Shown here one piece after another: positions 59,865 through 64,000 of a stretch of DNA of 64,000 nucleotides (its first letter is position 1; each line of letters begins with the position of its first letter). Where the stretch lies: the NCBI GenBank assembly GCA_002633005.1, contig NMRA01000005.1:705835-769834 (forward strand), written 5' to 3'. The DNA comes from Phoronis australis (taxonomy: Eukaryota > Animalia > Phoronida). The notes beneath the pieces are model-generated. The model was given only the letters and a program-made list of their open reading frames with translations, was not told where the DNA came from and ran no database searches. The translations under genes were made by a program, and so were the position numbers.

Positions 59865-62800
59865 CAAGGAGTGCAGTACGATAGGAGTGTTCACTGGTGA
59901 GTTCGCTGTAATCGCTACTACTAGTGCCACCAAGTAGCAAATAAGTAATGGTCAAGTACAAACCGTGGGAACAGTGGGGAAGGGTGCCTTTTACAGCACA
60001 ATTAATTGCATAAATTGATCACGAAAACACCAGAACTGTCATTTTTACGTTTCCTAAGGATCCTGAAAGGCAAGGACTATTTGTTATTCAATATGATAAA
60101 TTGTCCTTCATTTTGTGTCAAAATGTCAACATCGATATCACTCGAACAATCGCAGGGATAATTTTAGAAATAATTACCCATGGCCATTGGCCTTGATGAC
60201 TGGTGACAGCCACAGTCACAGAGCCTAAATCCATGTATGAGTCAAGTTAGAGAATCTGCGGGTCTCGGTGAAAAAAATTGACATAATTTTAATGTGCCAG
60301 GTAACGGCCCAAGTTAAGCAACACCAGTACATCAATGAAAACTTCTATTCGCCAATGGCTGGGGATGCGGGACGCGGCCTTAAAAATTATCCCCGGATCA
60401 ACTCTTGTAATGAAAAGTTTGAAAATACCCAGGATGGTACTGACATAACCACATGGCCAGTGGTCATTACAAGAAGTCCTTGGGGACAGGCACAAAACCA
60501 GGCCAAATCTCATCTCCACCTCAACACATGTTGCCAATGGTCAGAGTGATCTAGCGACCAAAATTTATGATCGGAGGGACTCAACACCCAAGTGGCACAC
60601 CTCTTGGTTTTCACCAGTTTTGCAGTCTTAGCACGTACCCTCTGGGGGATCAACACCCACTTGCCGCACATCTGTTCAGTGGCGGATCTACGTTTTCAGC
60701 AAGGGGGGGTTTAGGATTCCCGCCAGGGTCGAATCCTAGGCGCGTAGCGCAAAGCGGGGGAGGTTCGGAGGGGGGTTTCCCCTCCCGTGTAAGATATTTT
60801 TTTGTTTTTGTAGCCAAATGGTGAAATTTCCATGCATCCTAGTAAGTTTCTGTCACTTAACATGTCTCTGGAGTTTTTCTTAAGATAATTAAAAACCGTT
60901 CTCGATTTCGTCATATGAACTTGGCACATAAGTTTCGTGAAACCATATTGGGCACATCTGGGTATGAGTCACGCCACCAGCAAAAATTTTTGTTGGAACA
61001 TCTGCTTGCACACACTTTTTTTGGCATACGAAAAGTCGTATACGAAAAAGTGTGGTGTGTATACAGGGGTTTAGGCAATTTCCAAATATTCAAGAGCATA
61101 ATTAAGGAGCACCGAGGTGGCGTAAAAACTTGAATATCAGATGATCGCGTAACAGCAGCCTCAAGTTGTTTAAGAACGAAGACCTGTACTGTCCGGAAAT
61201 AAACATGTGTTCTGTCTCGTTACGAGAAAAACTGGCGAACGATGGTGCTCTCAACTCATAGTCTATTATTAAAAGCGACAATAAATAATTAGGTATCACT
61301 TTATTAAGCTGAATCACGTTGACAACACTTGAAAAACGTCAAATCTATCAGGAAACAAATCATCTGAAAACAGTTTCACGAAACCAAAACATCCTGTGCA
61401 CAGTGGTGAAAAGATACACTGGACTAGTTTGCAGAGGGACCAGATGTACACTGAGAGTACACAAAAAGCTGACCTGGTCCATCACGAGACCAAGAGTACA
61501 CTGACCTGTGCTTATTATCCGTTCAAAAATAGTCGATCTGTCGCGGGACCAAACAGTACTGGCTGAGATAAATAGTTCTACAAAGCACACTTTGGTAAAA
61601 AAATCACAAGACTAGTTCGCCGAGGGACCAGAAGTACAGTGAAACTCAACATCTTCACAAATCAAGCAGGCCTGGTCCGACGCGAGACCTAAAGTGTACT
61701 ATGCAAAAAATTTTGAATTGAAAACTTCTCTCTAAAATTTTAATCCCCAGTGGTTACTCATACGTTAGTCCTATCCTTCTGTTGTCTGGACTGCCAAGGA
61801 ATGTGTATATCGGATCCAATGATTTGCTCGTCTTGGAACCATTCTACCCAGATATCTTCGATGTTTGTTCCCAAAGCTTGCACTTCGTCAACTGCTGTGT
61901 CAATGAGCTTGTAAGCCTCTACAATGTCAGCATCTCGTTTCGCAGCTCAGTTGACACTAAGACCCTTGAGGTTGCCAAGTCCATTCAAAAGACTTACATG
62001 TGCAACTAAATTTGATCCGTTCATCATGGACTACTTCAAACCTTGACAAAGAATCCCAGGACCTATTTGCATCTCTTGCAATTTTCGAAATAGACGTCCC
62101 AATGTCTGAACGCTTGAAACCCGAAATACTAATATCAAATAAATGCCCATGGGCATGAGCGTTTCATCGGGTGAGCCTTTCTGCGGAAATTCCCAGTATG
62201 GAAGACGGCAGTGTGCTTATTGCAGGTAGACAGACAGTAGGTGTTGAGGTTGGAACTAGGGCTCCTTAGGAGGCCTATTGAACATCGCACGAGTCTCGCA
62301 AGACTTTGTTGTGAAAGAACAGCCTCCCCGCAATTTGTGGTACTGTACACTTTTCGCGAATGCGGTCACTTTCTCAATGTGAGTGGCTCCTTGGTCATTC
62401 CTAGAATGTGTCTTCAAACGGAATTGCGACCAGACCACGGTGCCCGCCACAATAGCAATTCTTCGGAAAAAGAATTTTTTGCAAAAATATTACATGTACA
62501 TGTACATGTACACAATATTACATGTACATGTACACTGTATGATATTGCGCAAGACAACTTTACTATACACCAGCAGTTACAAACGTGTTGAGTGTAATAG
62601 AATGACACGGCATGACAGATGAGGTAAAAACGATGCACGTCAATTCGCCTGAATATCAGGGTTGCGGCACCGCAGTATTTCCCCTAATCAAATCAAAATA
62701 TATCTTAGAGTAAAGAAGCTAGTTACATAAAGAAATCAGCTATAGAACTGCTCTTTCAGCGGTGAGTCCATCTAAAATGCTTGGCTACTTCAGAAGTGTC

Positions 62801-63673
62801 GACGGAAGCGCGCGCACACAATAAATCCCCGCGCGTTTTTGCTGATGAGCCACAAAGACTCAGCAATTCACAATGCAAAAAACTATATTTTCAGAGTGAA
62901 CCCCCCCCCTTCAATTTTTTTAAGTTGGTTTACTTGGGGTTTACACACGCTGGCGGTGCCGTTTTTGTTTTACTGGAGACGCTTTTGTTTTTTTTTTAAT
63001 TTTTGGGTCCTGGCCCAAGGGGGGGTTTAAACCCCCTGAACCCCCCCCCGTAGATCCGCCTCTGGTTTTCACCTGTTTTGCACTCCTTCCATGTACCTCC
63101 TTAGAGGGGTCAACATCTACATGACACCCATCTGGTTTTGATCTGTTTTGCACCCCACCATGTACCCAGGGTAGGGGATCAACACCCACTTGGCGCCCAC
63201 AACGACCCATTTGGCGCCCACCTGGTTTTTACTCGTTTAGCACTTCTCTCACCCACTTTTGCTGGAACCTGGGGACAATTGCCCCCATGAACCCCCAAGA
63301 GCACTAAAATTATGTAGTCCATCTGGAAGTATCAAGTGTAATTAGGAGAGGTAATTTGCCTTATTAAAATCTCAAACATGAACCATTAACCACGGTTTTG
63401 AACGGAGTTTCAAGAGAATGAATGCCAAAATCTTACTGCCTATTACAATTTCACATTCTTATTTGATTGTAAGAGAATGTAAATATATGCATTTTATCCA
63501 TTTTTAATCACACAGTAAGTTCATGGCACGTCTAACGTCATTAAAGTATGAATTTGCAAATGGTTCAGACTCCTGACATTAAATTAGTTTTGCTTATTTG
63601 CTGCTTGGCTAGTTTTTCGATCGATAGCCATTGCAGAGAATGGCAAGATGGCGGAGTGTGACACTCATCCTTG
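59865..63673 (+). mobile_element. Degenerate P-element-like (THAP) DNA transposon, interrupted by hAT copy 2
   Basis: Termini CAAGG...CCTTG with flanks cttatat / cctatat (7-bp near-TSD). ~59983-60069 reads across frameshifts as GAFYSTINCIN*SRK/PELSFLRF/FPKDPER, a decayed THAP domain. Confidence 0.55.
60677..63064 (-). mobile_element. Non-autonomous hAT DNA transposon, copy 2 (inverted relative to copy 1)
   Basis: TIRs CAGTGGCGGATCTAC / GTAGATCCGCCTCTG. It is the reverse complement of 37080-38960 along its length, plus ~0.5 kb (~62076-62590) that is absent from copy 1. Confidence 0.88.
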
Positions 63674-63680
63674 CCTATAT

Positions 63681-64000
63681 CAAGGAGTGTACGAGTATAG
63701 GAGAGTTCACTCCGCCATTTTACCATTCGCCGCAATGGTTACCGGTCGAAACACTAGCGCTCCAAGCGGTGAATAATCAATACTTACTTAGGAGCGCAGT
63801 CCGAACAATGTAAACACTGATGAATTCATACTTTAATGACGTTCAACGTGCAATAAAATTACTGTGTGATTGAAAATGGTTAGAATACGTAAACTAACAT
63901 CCACTTATAATCGAATGAGAATGAAAATGTGTATTTTAATCAATATTAAAGTGTATTTGTTTTTATTCTTTTGAAGCTCCCTTCAAAATCTATCACGGTT
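63681..64000 (-). mobile_element. End of a second, diverged P-like element in inverted orientation, extending past the window
   Basis: It starts CAAGGAGTG, and 63681-63995 is a diverged reverse complement of 63388-63673. Confidence 0.55.

Overview
Eukaryotic, AT-rich, intron-rich genomic DNA from what looks like an invertebrate animal (probably a marine lophotrochozoan; the species cannot be determined), with one 449-N gap (7390-7838). The supplied ORF track is mostly uninformative because the genes are spliced, so I rebuilt three genes by hand from GT-AG sites and exon phase. (1) A 5'-incomplete + strand SHIPPO/PGP-repeat ciliary gene of the ODF3/CIMAP1 type (13 exons, 1165-15970). (2) A - strand secreted protein with a signal peptide, three Cys-rich chitin-binding-like (CBM14-like) modules and a C-terminal VWA domain (6 exons, 25599-18164, 434 aa). 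(3) The most striking feature: a - strand 16-exon gene (57089-34487, 859 aa) that joins a CARD-like domain, a TKL/IRAK-like kinase with a tyrosine-kinase-type catalytic loop, an atypical RING-like finger, a metacaspase/bacterial-type C14 protease (YSGHG...DCC) and a possible ubiquitin/PB1-like tail. This is a candidate single-chain immune or cell-death signalling protein. The rest is transposon debris: two inverted hAT derivatives bracketing most of gene 3, tail-to-tail P-like elements, L1/Tx1 and Penelope fragments, MITEs, SINE heads, minisatellites and a repeat rich in CTCF-like motifs. All domain calls are by motif recognition; no database searches were run.
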